A DNA stretch of 64,000 nt. Source: an uncultured Ureaplasma sp. (GTDB lineage Bacteria > Bacillota_I > Bacilli_A > Mycoplasmatales > Mycoplasmoidaceae). Position 1 is the stretch's first letter, and every line of letters starts with the position of its first letter. Both the position numbers and the translations under genes were made by a program. The notes under the pieces were generated by a model. That model was not told the DNA's origin. It was given only the letters and a program-made list of their open reading frames with translations, and did no database searches. The DNA lies in the NCBI GenBank assembly GCA_947039515.1, contig CAMQYY010000001.1:126902-190901 (forward strand). The letters run 5' to 3'. Of the stretch, positions 21,814 through 32,604 are shown in pieces.

Positions 21814-21843
21814 AAAGAGAAAAGTTAAAAAACTTTTCTCTTT
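21814..21843 (-). terminator. Hairpin terminator downstream of tRNA-Gly
   Basis: aaagagaaaagtt-aaaa-aacttttctcttt, a 13-bp stem. Confidence 0.65.
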
Positions 21844-21855
21844 CTTATATTAATT

Positions 21856-21929
21856 TGGAGCAGATGAAGGGAATCGAACCCTCGTATCAACCTTGGCAAG
21901 GTTGTGTTCTACCATTAAACTACATCTGC
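21856..21929 (-). tRNA. tRNA-Gly (anticodon GCC)
   Basis: The reverse complement is gcagatg-ta-gttt-aatggta-gaac-a-caacc-TTGCCAA-ggttg-atac-gaggg-ttcgatt-ccctt-catctgc-t-cca. The anticodon loop TT-GCC-AA gives GCC. CCA is encoded. Confidence 0.9.
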
Positions 21930-22084
21930 ATTAATTACATTATAATTAATAAATAATGATTTATATAAAAAATTATAATAATATTCTTTATTAAATATAC
22001 TTATTCTTAATAAAGAATTAACTTATATAAATGAAAATATTTTTGTTTATAATGTATATTAAATTAAAATTGAGGTTTTTAAAA

Positions 22085-22798
22085 ATGGATAAAATAAATG
22101 ATGGAACTTTTAAATGAATAACTAGTGCTGTTAATTTAACAAAAGAATCATACCCTGATATTGTTTCAAAATCGGAATTTAAAACTCCTTTTGAATGAGT
22201 AATTTTTTGAAAGATTAATGATAATGAAATCAAAGGAATTAAATACTCTTATAACTTTGAAATAGAGTTATTAAAATTCTTTAAAAGAATAAAAAAAATA
22301 GAAGATCAAAATACTTGAAGTGTATTACTTGAACTTTCTAAGTTTCATTTAGACACTAAGATTTATCCTGATATCCATTTAAACTTATTTAATAATAGAA
22401 TTATTAGTAATTACTATGATGGTTTAATTAAGGATAATGAATCAATTATTTATAAAACATTATTCGATATGATTTGTTTTAATACTTTAGATGAAGCTGA
22501 TTTAAGAGATATTGAAGATAATCATTTTGGTATCTTTAATGTTGACCAAAAAAAATCATGAAAACAATATTGATTGGATAAAGACATCATTAATGATAAA
22601 GCTAACCTAACTAAAGTTATTAAAGAAATAAAGATTTTATTAAAAACTCATAATGTTTTAATTAATAGTAATTTCAAAATTAAGAATAATCCAGATTCAA
22701 AAGAAAATATTATCAAAACATTAACTAAATTAAAAACTCTTTTTAATAAGAGTTTTGTTGATGAATTAAAAAATGATCAACTAAAAATTAATAATTAA
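22085..22798 (+). CDS. Hypothetical cytoplasmic protein, 237 aa, Trp-rich (8 TGA codons)
   Basis: Extends track ORF 22574..22798 upstream to ATG 22085, with GAGG 9 nt upstream. I scanned all codons and found no TAA or TAG. The sequence begins MDKINDGTFKWITSAVNLTKESYPDIVSKSEFKTPFEWVIFWKINDNEIKG... I do not recognise a family. Confidence 0.6.
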
Positions 22799-22809
22799 TT
22801 GAGTTTTTA

Positions 22810-23799
22810 ATGACTAATAATGATAATCAAAAACTTAATGGAAAAGAAAAACAAAATAGAATTTCCTTATTAAAAAATAAGATAAAGCAATTAAAAAATA
22901 ATGATAATCCTAAAGATTATAATAAAATAAAGAATTTAGAAATAGAGTTATATGAATTAGAAAATACAAATAAAGCAAAAGAAATATCTGGTGATTTTAA
23001 GAAAAACATTGAAGAACCTTTAGTTATCAAAAGTAATAAAAAACAAAAAACTAATTCAATTAGTTATAAAACTCTTGAAAATAAAGATAATCAAATAAAT
23101 AACTTAAAAAAACAAATTGATAAATCTAACTCTAAAATAAAAGAATTAACAAAAAATAATGAACTTTTAAAAAGAGAAAATATTACCTTATCTAAATCTA
23201 AAATTCTTGAAAATAAAAATAATCAAATAACTAGCTTAAAAAAGCGAATTGAAGATTTGAATAATTCTATTAATAAACAAGAAATAATAATAAAAAAACT
23301 ATCTAAAACAAATTTAAAAATTCTTAATTCACTAAATAAAAATTTTAAATTTTTATTATATTGAAATTTTTTGGAATCAAATTACAAACTGAAAAAAGAT
23401 GATTTGATATTTCAAAAAATTGAAATATCAAAAGAGAAATTTCTTTTATCATTAAGAGAATTTTTATTAATTTATAAAACAACATTAAATATTGAGGATG
23501 ATAGATTTGATATTATAAAAAAAGTTGTTCAATACACTTTAAAATCAACTTCATGCAATCAAAAAGATCTTATCTTGAATTTGCACAAACTAGCTCATGT
23601 TAGTAGTTTATTTATATTAAAAGATAAAGAAGAATCTTTTATAAAAAATCTATTTACTGAAAGCAATTATCTTTTATTCTTCCCAAATACAAAAGAATTA
23701 AAATTAAAGTTCAAAGAAACTCACTATGAAGTATTGAGAAGTTATTATATCATGCCTACTAGTTCAATTAATTTATCTCCTTTAGTAAAAATTAAATAA
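22810..23799 (+). CDS. Hypothetical protein, 329 aa, with an N-terminal Lys/Asn-rich coiled coil (internal ~40-aa duplication) and a C-terminal globular domain
   Basis: Track ORFs 22810..23364 and 23371..23799 are in frame, joined by one TGA. The internal repeat is YKTLENKDNQINNLKKQIDKSNSKIKELTKNN versus SKILENKNNQITSLKKRIEDLNNSINKQEIII. It starts 12 nt after the previous gene. Confidence 0.6.
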
Positions 23800-24044
23800 G
23801 GTATCAAAATTAGTTAATTATTTTTTTATCAAATAGAATTAAAAAAATAAGAATAAATCCTAAACTTCTTGAAAATGGAAAAATGAAAGAATTTTTAAGA
23901 ACAAGAGGTATTTTAAATTCATAATTCAAAAATCATTAAATAAATAAATTTTATAAAAGAAGTAAGAGACAAAAATTATTAATTACCTTAATATTTAATA
24001 TATAATTTAAATAAAATAAAATTTTTAAATAAGGTTGGTTATAT

Positions 24045-24350
24045 ATGGCATTAAAGAAAAAGGAATTAATAGAAACATTAATTATTGAAATGGCTGAATT
24101 AGGTAGTAATGAAATAACTAAAGCTGATGCTGAAAATTTCTTAAAATCTTATGAAAAAATTATTTTTAGTGAACTTACTAATGAATCTAAAGAATTTAAA
24201 TTATTGGATATTGGAAAAATTAAAATTGTTTCAAAATTACCAAGAACAGGTAAGAATCCTTTTACAGGAGAAACAGTTGATTATCCTGCTAAAGTTAGTC
24301 CTAAATTCACTTTTACAAAAGCTTTAAAAGAATTAGTTAATAAAGAATAA
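24045..24350 (+). CDS. hup: HU/IHF-family DNA-binding protein
   Basis: Complete 101-aa track ORF. The arm region PRTGKNPFTGETVDYPAKVSPKFTFTKALK matches the HU consensus (R-x-G-R-N-P-x-T-G...P-x-F). Confidence 0.85.
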   Translation: MALKKKELIETLIIEMAELGSNEITKADAENFLKSYEKIIFSELTNESKEFKLLDIGKIKIVSKLPRTGKNPFTGETVDYPAKVSPKFTFTKALKELVNKE

Positions 24351-24376
24351 AAAAGAGCAGATTATCTGCTCTTTTT
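24351..24376 (+). terminator. Hairpin terminator after hup
   Basis: aaaagagcag-attat-ctgctctttt followed by a T-run. The stem is GC-containing. Confidence 0.75.
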
Positions 24377-24390
24377 TATTTAAATTCTAT

Positions 24391-24417
24391 AAAAATGTAA
24401 TCTTTTATTACATTTTT
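24391..24417 (-). terminator. Hairpin overlapping the argS stop codon
   Basis: aaaaatgtaat-ctttt-attacattttt, an 11-bp AT-rich stem. It is the second hairpin at the hup/argS convergent junction. Confidence 0.45.
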
Positions 24418-26051
24418 ATTTTTGCTTCAATACCTAATAAATCAAGGCATAAACCAATAATCATTTTTACAATATAGATTAAACTATATTGTTCGTTTAA
24501 TTTTTCATTATTGTCCTCAAATATTTTTACATTACTATAATATTTATGAAAAAGTTTTGCTAAATTATATAAATAATTTATTAACTTGTATGGTTCAAAA
24601 GTTTTAACACAGCTTTCAATTGTATATTTAGCTAAATTAATTTCAACAATTAATTCTCTTTCTATTTCAGAATTTAATAACTTAAATTCTGAAACTATAT
24701 CTATCTTTTTTTTCTCTAATAATTGATTAGCTCTAGCATTTGCATATTGAACATAATAATAAGGATTGTTATGTTCTTGTTTTGTAGCAATATCAACATC
24801 TATTTCAATATGACTATTAACAGATTGAGATAGTAAGAATCATCTAGCAGGGTCTTTACCAATTGATGCTACTAAATCTCTTAAAGTTAAAGATGATCCT
24901 GTTCTTTTAGACATTTTATATTCAGCGCCATTTTTTGTTAGTTTAACCATTTGCAAACAAATAACAATTAAATCGTCTGGATTATAACCTAAAACTTTCA
25001 TAGCTGCTTTCATTCTAGTAATATAACTATAATGGTCAGCACCTCAAATATTTACTAAAACATCAACATTATTACTTTTTCATTTCATATCATGATAAAC
25101 AATATCAGGAGCAAAATATGTTTTAGATTGATCAGATTTAACCAATACTCTATCTTTTTCATCACCAAAATCAGTAGTTCTTAATCAAATAGCACCATCT
25201 TTTTTATAAGCTTTATCTTTTTTAATTAAATCTTCAATTAAAATATCATCAAGTTTTTTGTCACGAATAGATTGTTCTGAGGTATATATTTCAATTTCAA
25301 CACCAATACTCTTTAAATCACTTTTAATAATTTCAAGTAATTCACATCGAGCAAATCACTTAATTTCATCTTTTATTTTTACATCAGTAATTTGGTTTTC
25401 TAGTAATTCATATTTTATAAATTTATCACCAAATTTATCTTTTAATTTTTGAGCTACTATTTTTATTTCTTCGCCATGATAAGAATCCTTAGGTAGTTCA
25501 ATTTCATTTCCAAATATTTGCAAATATCGAATGAAAACAGCAGTTGCTAAATTATTCATTTGATTACCAGCATCATTTACAACATATTCAGTAATAACAT
25601 CATAACCATATGTTATTAATAGGTTTTTAATAACATCACCCAAAACACCATTTCTAGAATGACCTATGTGCAAATATCCTGTTGGATTTGCTGAAACATA
25701 TTCCACACTATATTTTTTGTCTTTCTTATCAAATAAAAGGTATTTATCTTTTTTATTTAAAACCTCTAATAATGATTTTGAAAATAATTCTTCTGCAATA
25801 AAAAAATTGATAAAACCAGGATTTGTTACTGTTATTTTTTTAAATAAACTTTTATCAAAAAGTTCAATTAATTCATTTGCAAATTCAATTGGAGATTTTT
25901 TATTTTCTTTTGCATATATTAAAGCTACATTAGAACTAAAATCCCCAATTTCAATATTTTTACTTTTATCAATAATAATATTTTTATTATTGATAATCTC
26001 CATTTTTTCTAAAGCATTATTTATTTCATTCTTAATAACTTCTATTATCAT
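24408..26051 (-). CDS. argS: Arginyl-tRNA synthetase, 547 aa
   Basis: Track ORF 25356..26051 gives the N-terminal 231 aa, with [20 protein letters not shown]. The frame continues through TGA codons to TAA 24408-24410 (1641 nt, in frame). The protein ends ...LGIEAKIKM, with the C-terminal Met typical of ArgRS. Confidence 0.9.
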
Positions 26052-26174
26052 AATTCACCAGTTGATATTAATATTTTAAGATTTTAATAATTTCAATATA
26101 TCTTATTAAGTCTTTATGTCTTTATTATATAATATATATAATTAGAATATTAAAAATCAAAGTAAAGATAAATT

Positions 26175-28874
26175 ATGAAAAAACTTTCATCAAATGAAAT
26201 TAGAAAAATATGATTGGATTATTTTAAAAAAAATGATCATTTTGAATTGGAATCAGCATCCTTAATTCCGATTAATGATAAATCATTATTATGAATAAAT
26301 TCAGGTGTTGCCACTTTAAAAAAATACTTTAGTGGTCAAGAAAATGCTCCGCATGAGAATTTAGTAAATTCTCAAAAGGCAATTAGAACTAATGATATTT
26401 TTAATGTAGGAAAAACAAGTAGACATCATACCTTTTTTGAAATGTTAGGTAGTTTTTCTATAGGTGGATATTTTAAAGAAAAAGCAATCAATTTAGCTTA
26501 TGATCTTTTAATCAATGAGTTTAAAATTGATATTAATAAATTATATTTTACAGTATTTGAAGATGATATTGATGCATATAATTTTTGATTAAAACTAAAA
26601 ATAGATGAAAAAAAGATTATTAAATGTAATAGAGATAGAAATTTTTGAGATGTTGGTTCTGGTCCATGTGGTCCATGTACTGAAATTTTCTATGATAGAG
26701 GAGTTGAATTTGATCCGGAAAATGTTGGTGAAAAGCTTTTCTTTGAAGATATTGAAAATGATCGATATATTGAAATTTGAAATATAGTTTTTTCTGAATA
26801 TAACAATGATGGTGAAAATAACTATACACCACTTGAAAGAAAAAATATTGATACTGGTGCTGGACTTGAAAGAATAACTGCTATATCACAATCTGTTCCA
26901 ACAAATTTTGATACAGATTTATTTCTTCCTATTATTAATGAAATTGAGAAATTTACAAAAAATAAATATGTGATAAATGCATATTTTGAAAGCAAAAATA
27001 ATCCTGAACAAACATTAATTAACCAATCTTTTAAAATAATTTCAGATCATATGAGAACTATTTGTTTTGCTATAGCAGATGGTGCTATACCTTCTAATAA
27101 AGAAAGAGGTTATATCCTTAGAAGATTAATTAGAAGAACTATTGTTATGTTATATAAATTGAATATAAAAGAAAATATTTTTTCTGATTTAATTAATATC
27201 ACTATTAAAAACATGAATAATTATTATCCTTATTTAGAAAATCATAATAAAAAAATTAATTTACTATTAAATAATGAATATATTGCTTTTAATAAAACCT
27301 TAACTAATGGAATAAAATTATTTGAAGAAGCAATTAAAAAGTCATCAAAATTAGATAAAAATACTACTTTTAAATTAGTTGAAACTTATGGTTTTCCTAT
27401 TGAATTAATTAAAGAATTAGCTACTGAAAAAGATATTGAAATAGATATTAATGGTTTTAATGAGTTATTTATAAATCATCAAAAAATTTCAAATTCTAAC
27501 CAATCAAAAATTGCTCTATTAAATCAAAATGGAGAATTATTAAATTTAGATGATGAATCAATTTTTATTAGTGATAAATATAATTTACAAGGTAAAGTAA
27601 TTAAACTTTATGATGAAAATTTTAATCCTATTGAACATTTGATTGGTGATGGTTATGTTATTTTTGATCAAACTTGTTTTTATTCAACTAGTGGTGGTCA
27701 ACTACATGATTTTGGAACAATTAATAATTTTGAAGTTCATGATGTTTTTAAAGGACCTAATCAACAACATATCCACCATATTCTACAAACTAATTTAAAA
27801 CATGGTGAAGTTTGTGAATTAGTAATTGATGAGGATTTAAGAAAAAAGGTTACTAGAAATCATTCGGTTGAGCATTTACTTCATGCAGTTCTTGGTGAAC
27901 TAGTTGATAAGAATATTAAGCAAGAAGGTGCGTTTAAATCTCCTTCTAAAGTTACATTTGATTTTCAACATCATGAAAGATTAACTAATGAAAAAATTAA
28001 AGAAATTGAAGATAGAATTAATTTTATTATTAATCAAAAAATTGATGTTAATATTTTAAAACTAACTTTAGATGAAGCTAAAGAAATTGGTGCTAAAGCT
28101 TATTTTGAAGATGTTTATAAAAAAATAAAAGGAAAACTAAGAGTTGTTAAAATGGGGCATTTTAGTGCTGAACTATGTGGTGGTACTCATGTTTCAAATA
28201 CTGCTGATATTCAGCAATTTAAGATTATTGAATTCTATCCAAATGGAGCTGGTTCTTGAAGAATAGGTGCTATTACTTCAGATTCTACTGTTGATAAATA
28301 TTTAAAAAATCAAATTAGTGAAATTAAAAATGAACTTAATATCATTAAAAATAAAGTAAATAATTTTATTGAAGTAAATGATGATTTTATTGGTGAGATA
28401 GATTCAATTCAATTAAATGAAAAAGAATCTGAAATTAATTTGGAAAAACTAAGTAAAATTAAAATTAAATATGAATCTTTAAAAGTTGAAAATAATAAAA
28501 AAATTACTATATTTGAAATTAATGAAATTAAAAAGCAAGTTGTTAAAGATAAAAAATTAATAAACATTAAAGTTAATAACTTTGAATTAAAAAATATTGG
28601 AATGGCTTTAAGTGAAATTATTAATGAAAATAAAGAAAATTTTGTTTCTTTATTAAATATTACAACTGATAAGATTAAATATATTTTTGCTGTTAATGAG
28701 AATTATGCAAAAGAAAATAATTTTAACTTAAATCAAGTAATAAAAGTTATCAATATTAAATTCAATGGTAAAGGTGGCGGAAAATTTAATTATGTTCAAG
28801 GTGGAACTAATGAAATTAATAGATTAGAAGAAATTGAAATAAGTATTAATAATGAGTTTAAAAAATTATCGTAA
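26175..28874 (+). CDS. alaS: Alanyl-tRNA synthetase, 899 aa
   Basis: From ATG 26175 ([23 protein letters not shown]...) through track ORFs 26970..28259 and 28440..28874, all in frame. I translated 26175-26970 fully and found only TGA interruptions. Motifs: [47 protein letters not shown], and the editing-domain HSVEHLLH...CGGTH. Confidence 0.95.
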
Positions 28875-29298
28875 AATAGGTCTTGATCTCGGAAGTAAAA
28901 GTTGTGGCATTAGTATTAGTTCATATAATAATGAATTTGCAACTCCTATTTGTAATCTTGTATTTGCTGAAAATGATTTTGAAAAAATCATTACTAAGTT
29001 AAAAATAATTATTGAAGATTATGATTATAAAATTGATGTTTTTGTTTTAGGTATATCAAAAAATATGAATAGTAACAACGAAACAAAAAGTTCTATAAGA
29101 TCAAAGAATTTTGCTTTAATGCTAAAAGAAAAATTCTCAAATATTGATGTAGTTTTTGTTGATGAAAATTATTCAACTAAACAAGCTACTGAATCTCTAA
29201 TGCAGTTTAATATTAAATCTTCTAAAAGAAAAAAAATAATAGACCAAGTAAGTTCTTTAATTATTCTAGAAAGATATTTAAATAGTAATAAATTTTAA
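28852..29298 (+). CDS. ruvX: YqgF/RuvX-family putative pre-16S rRNA nuclease / Holliday junction resolvase-like protein
   Basis: Complete 148-aa track ORF. It begins ...[16 protein letters not shown] (the YqgF N-terminal DxG motif) and contains ...VDENYSTKQA. It overlaps the alaS end by 23 nt. alaS-yqgF synteny is common in Firmicutes. Confidence 0.8.
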   Translation: MSLKNYRKIGLDLGSKSCGISISSYNNEFATPICNLVFAENDFEKIITKLKIIIEDYDYKIDVFVLGISKNMNSNNETKSSIRSKNFALMLKEKFSNIDVVFVDENYSTKQATESLMQFNIKSSKRKKIIDQVSSLIILERYLNSNKF

Positions 29299-29394
29299 AA
29301 ATATCTCTTTTTAAAAAAAATAAAAAAATTATTATCAATTAGATATCCAGCTATTCTAAAATAGGAAATTAAGATTATTTGATGAATATATATA

Positions 29395-29430
29395 ATAAAA
29401 AACTAGAAAATTAATTTTCTAGTTTTTTAT
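29395..29430. terminator. Hairpin terminator downstream of LRR gene copy A (also faces ruvX)
   Basis: aaaaaactagaaaa-ttaa-ttttctagtttttt. The same sequence recurs at 32551-32583. Confidence 0.7.
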
Positions 29431-29450
29431 ATATTTAAAATAAATTATTT

Positions 29451-32441
29451 TTATTCTTCTGAATCGCTATAGTCTTCTGATGAATCAGAACTTTCTAAAG
29501 CTTTTCTTTTAGATAATACAATCCTTCTAATAATAAATATTAAAGCGATTATTAAAATAAGACCTGCAATACCACCAACTATAGCAAATATTATTCCAAA
29601 TGTATCAGCAACAACATTAGTTCCACCACCAGCAGATAAAATAGCAGTATTTGAATTTGCATTTAAAATACTACCTAAATCAATAGCTGCATTATTGTTA
29701 TAAATAGATTTAAAAGTAAACCCATCAATTGTTGTATTTAATTTAGTATCAGTTTGAGGTTTAAAGTTTAATAAAGTATCATCAGTAGTAATTGTAGCAT
29801 CCAAAGTACCACCAGTAAATTGAATTCTATCACCAAGAGCATCTACTTTTAAAGTTTTTAAAACTTCATCACTTAAAAGTTTTTCATCAACACCTTGTGT
29901 TGTAAATCATAGTCTTTTTTTAGCTAAATTCAATGTAGGTTCTCCACCTTCAACACCTGGAGTAGGATAATTATCATTAAATGCAGTCATTAATTCTTGA
30001 AGTGCTGGAATTAAAGTAGAGTCGCCTTTTGCAGCTATTGCTGCTTTTTCAAGCTCTTTATAATCATTATTATTAATATTTACATTTGTTCCAGCTTGAA
30101 TTAAATCATTTTGTTTATAGAATTTAATATTACCAACAGATGGAGCAGTAATACCACCATGATTAGCATTATTAAATTTTGTTAAATCTCCAAAAGGAAT
30201 GAATAATTTAGAAACATTATTATTTAAAAACATATCAGTATAGTCAATAGCAGCAGCACTTTGTGCAGTATCACTAGCACCAGCTAAAGAAGGCATAGTA
30301 AATCTTGTTAAAGAAGGAGTGTCAGCAAATGCACCTTTTCCTAAAGATGTTAAACTACTTGGTAAAGTAGCTGAAGTTAGAGCTGAAGAATTAGCAACTA
30401 AATTTGTTCCAATAGATGTTAAAGTTTTTGGTAATTCTAAAGTTTTTAAAGCTGTGAAATTAGAAAATACATTATTACCAATAGTTTTTAATTGAGAAAG
30501 AACTGAATCAAATTTTGTTACTTTTGCTACTAATTGTCCACCAACACCAGGTATTGTTTCAATAGATTGAGCATTTGGTAAAAAATCATTAAATTTAATA
30601 ACTTGAGCACTATTTTTTGTAGATTCTCATAAATAAGAATAATTAGTAGTATTTGGAGTACCAAATGGAAGATCATTTGATAAAGAATTAGGAACATCCT
30701 TAAATTCAGTAATATACTCAGGAATAGTTAATACATTAGTTTGGTTGTTGAAAATTGGATCACCAGTTAATTTATGTTTTGTTGTATAGTCATAATTAGG
30801 AAAATTTCATGTTGCTTTGTCTGGACTTCTATATTGTAGTGAATCAAATATTTTATCTTCTTCTGTGATTACATATGGTTCTCATTTTGCAGAAGCTTCT
30901 TTTTCAACAGCAGTAGTTTTTAAAGCTCTATAATAATTACCACCATCAGTTGTATCATTAACTAAATAACCATTAGTACCAACTAAATTACTTGTATATT
31001 CCATTTTATTAATACCTATTGCATTAGCATTATAAGAGAATATTGAATTTGCTGGTGTAGGACTAGGAGCTCCTTCATTTATGTATCTATTAGATATAAC
31101 ACCTAATTCATTAATTGTTTCAAAACCAGACATTAAATGAGAAACACGATTTCAATCATTATTTAAATTATTTAAATAATTACTTTGATTAACAGTGCCT
31201 GAATTCAAAGTAGCATTAAATATTGCATATTCATTTGAATTTGGAGCATATTTATTTGCAAAAGCTGTTTGAGCAGCAGCTATTTTTGATGTTTCAGTAG
31301 CTGGTGTAATAACATGACTTGTAGCAGGAACATAATTTGTCACTTCACCTGTAGTAGTACCTGTTACTTCATAAAAGTTAGCAACATCATTAAATCAAAT
31401 ACTTTCTCTTACAACATGACCTTGCTTATCAAAACAAAATTTAAACATATCAACAATTTCAGGTACATTCGGAATAGAAATAGTTACATTAGTAAAAAAT
31501 AATGGATTAATAGAAGTTGGTTCTACTTCAGGATGTTGAGGAAAAGGATGAGATCCTGGTTCTTCATAATATCGATTAGAAACAATTGTATTATTGAATA
31601 TTCCTAAGTAATTATTCTCACCCAAAGCAATCAAATCAGATGGAGTTGGAGTTGTTTTACTAATATTATTTTCAATAGGAGCAGCAGGATTAATTAAAGC
31701 AAATCTCATATTAGCTGGATAAACTATTTCTCTTTCAACATCATTAGATGGTTTTAAACTAGCTGGTGTTGAACCAGTTTGTGTAGCACTTTTTGCAATA
31801 AAACGGCCAAGAGAAAAATTACTTGTTATTGTATAAGTACGATTGTCTGAAGGTGCATCTCCTTGTGTTCTTTCAAATAATCCATTATGAAAAACTATTT
31901 TATCTGGAGAAGATGAATGCATATTATCTGGTTGAGGAAAGTAAACTTTTACTAAAGCTTCCATAAAATTAAATACTTCACTACCAACTGTCTTTAATTT
32001 TGAATTATCTTGAAAACGAATTTCTTTAACATTATCAATTCATGGATTTCCTCTATCAAACATACTAGTAAGACCATATCTATTACTACCTGGTGCCATT
32101 GAGAATTCTGTTGAAAGTGACTTTACATAATTAGGAATAGTAAAAACACCTGTCTCAGCATTTCAAGCTGGTTTACTAGCATCAACATTTACAGCATCAA
32201 CATCACCAAGACCTCATGTTGTAATATCACCTGCAAATGCCATATTAAAATCAGTACGTACTACTGTAACAATCTTATTATTAGTATTATTAGTACCTTC
32301 TTTTAAAAGAACATTACTAAGATTATTATTAGTATCTACATTACTATTAGCAAGACTTATTCCAAGTCCTAATCCTGAAGCAATAATAGCACCTGTAAAT
32401 AAAGAAGCAATTGTAACTTTTTTTATATTTTGTTTTTTCAT
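29451..32441 (-). CDS. BspA-type leucine-rich-repeat surface protein, copy A, 996 aa (signal peptide, LRR ectodomain, C-terminal TM anchor, acidic Ser-rich tail)
   Basis: Six track ORFs share one frame: 32214..32441, 31395..31964, 31152..31343, 30882..31133, 29907..30296 and 29451..29804. I scanned the largest gap (30297-30881) codon by codon and found only TGA. The LRR_5-like repeats read IGNNVFSNFTALKTLELPKTLTSIGTNLVANSSALTSATLPSSLTSLGKGAFADTPSLTRFTMP. The N-terminus is MKKQNIKKVTIASLFTGAIIASGLGLGISLA, with no lipobox Cys. The C-terminus is FGIIFAIVGGIAGLILIIALIFIIRRIVLSKRKALESSDSSEDYSDSEE. Confidence 0.75.
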
Positions 32442-32550
32442 TTTTATCCCTTTTGTAATAATTTTATTTAACTAATAAAATTATAGAGTAAAAATTTAAA
32501 AAATTGAAATTAAAATAGGAAATCAAAAGTATTTGATGAATAATATGTTA

Positions 32551-32583
32551 AAAAAAACTAGAAAATTAATTTTCTAGTTTTTA
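32551..32583 (-). terminator. Hairpin terminator downstream of LRR gene copy B
   Basis: aaaaaaactagaaaa-ttaa-ttttctagttttt. It is a duplicate of the terminator at 29395-29430. Confidence 0.7.
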
Positions 32584-32604
32584 TATATTTAAAATAAATT
32601 ATTT

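Noticed and set aside
20474-21814. Track ORFs 20474..20680 (+) and 21581..21814 (+).
   Set aside because: They are antisense to the permease gene, which I verified as a continuous 492-codon frame in code 4 with an APC-family GxxGxGIF motif.
22018-22233. Track ORF 22018..22233 (-, 71 aa).
   Set aside because: It overlaps the promoter and first 50 codons of the plus-strand gene 22085..22798 in antisense. It has no ribosome-binding site and no recognisable features.
23800-24044. The 245-nt spacer upstream of hup, with tiny ORFs such as MKEFLRTRGILNS.
   Set aside because: The ORFs are too short and lack ribosome-binding sites. I could not identify a riboswitch-like conserved structure, so this is probably just the hup promoter region.
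25258-26079. Track ORFs 25258..25452 (+) and 25666..26079 (+, 137 aa).
   Set aside because: They are antisense inside argS. They are hydrophobic low-complexity products typical of the reverse strand of AT-rich genes.
26605-26832. Track ORFs 26605..26787 (+) and 26620..26832 (-).
   Set aside because: Both fall inside alaS, out of frame or antisense. The alaS frame through this region reads the conserved [19 protein letters not shown] block.
31314-31502. Track ORF 31314..31502 (+, 62 aa).
   Set aside because: It is antisense inside LRR gene copy A.
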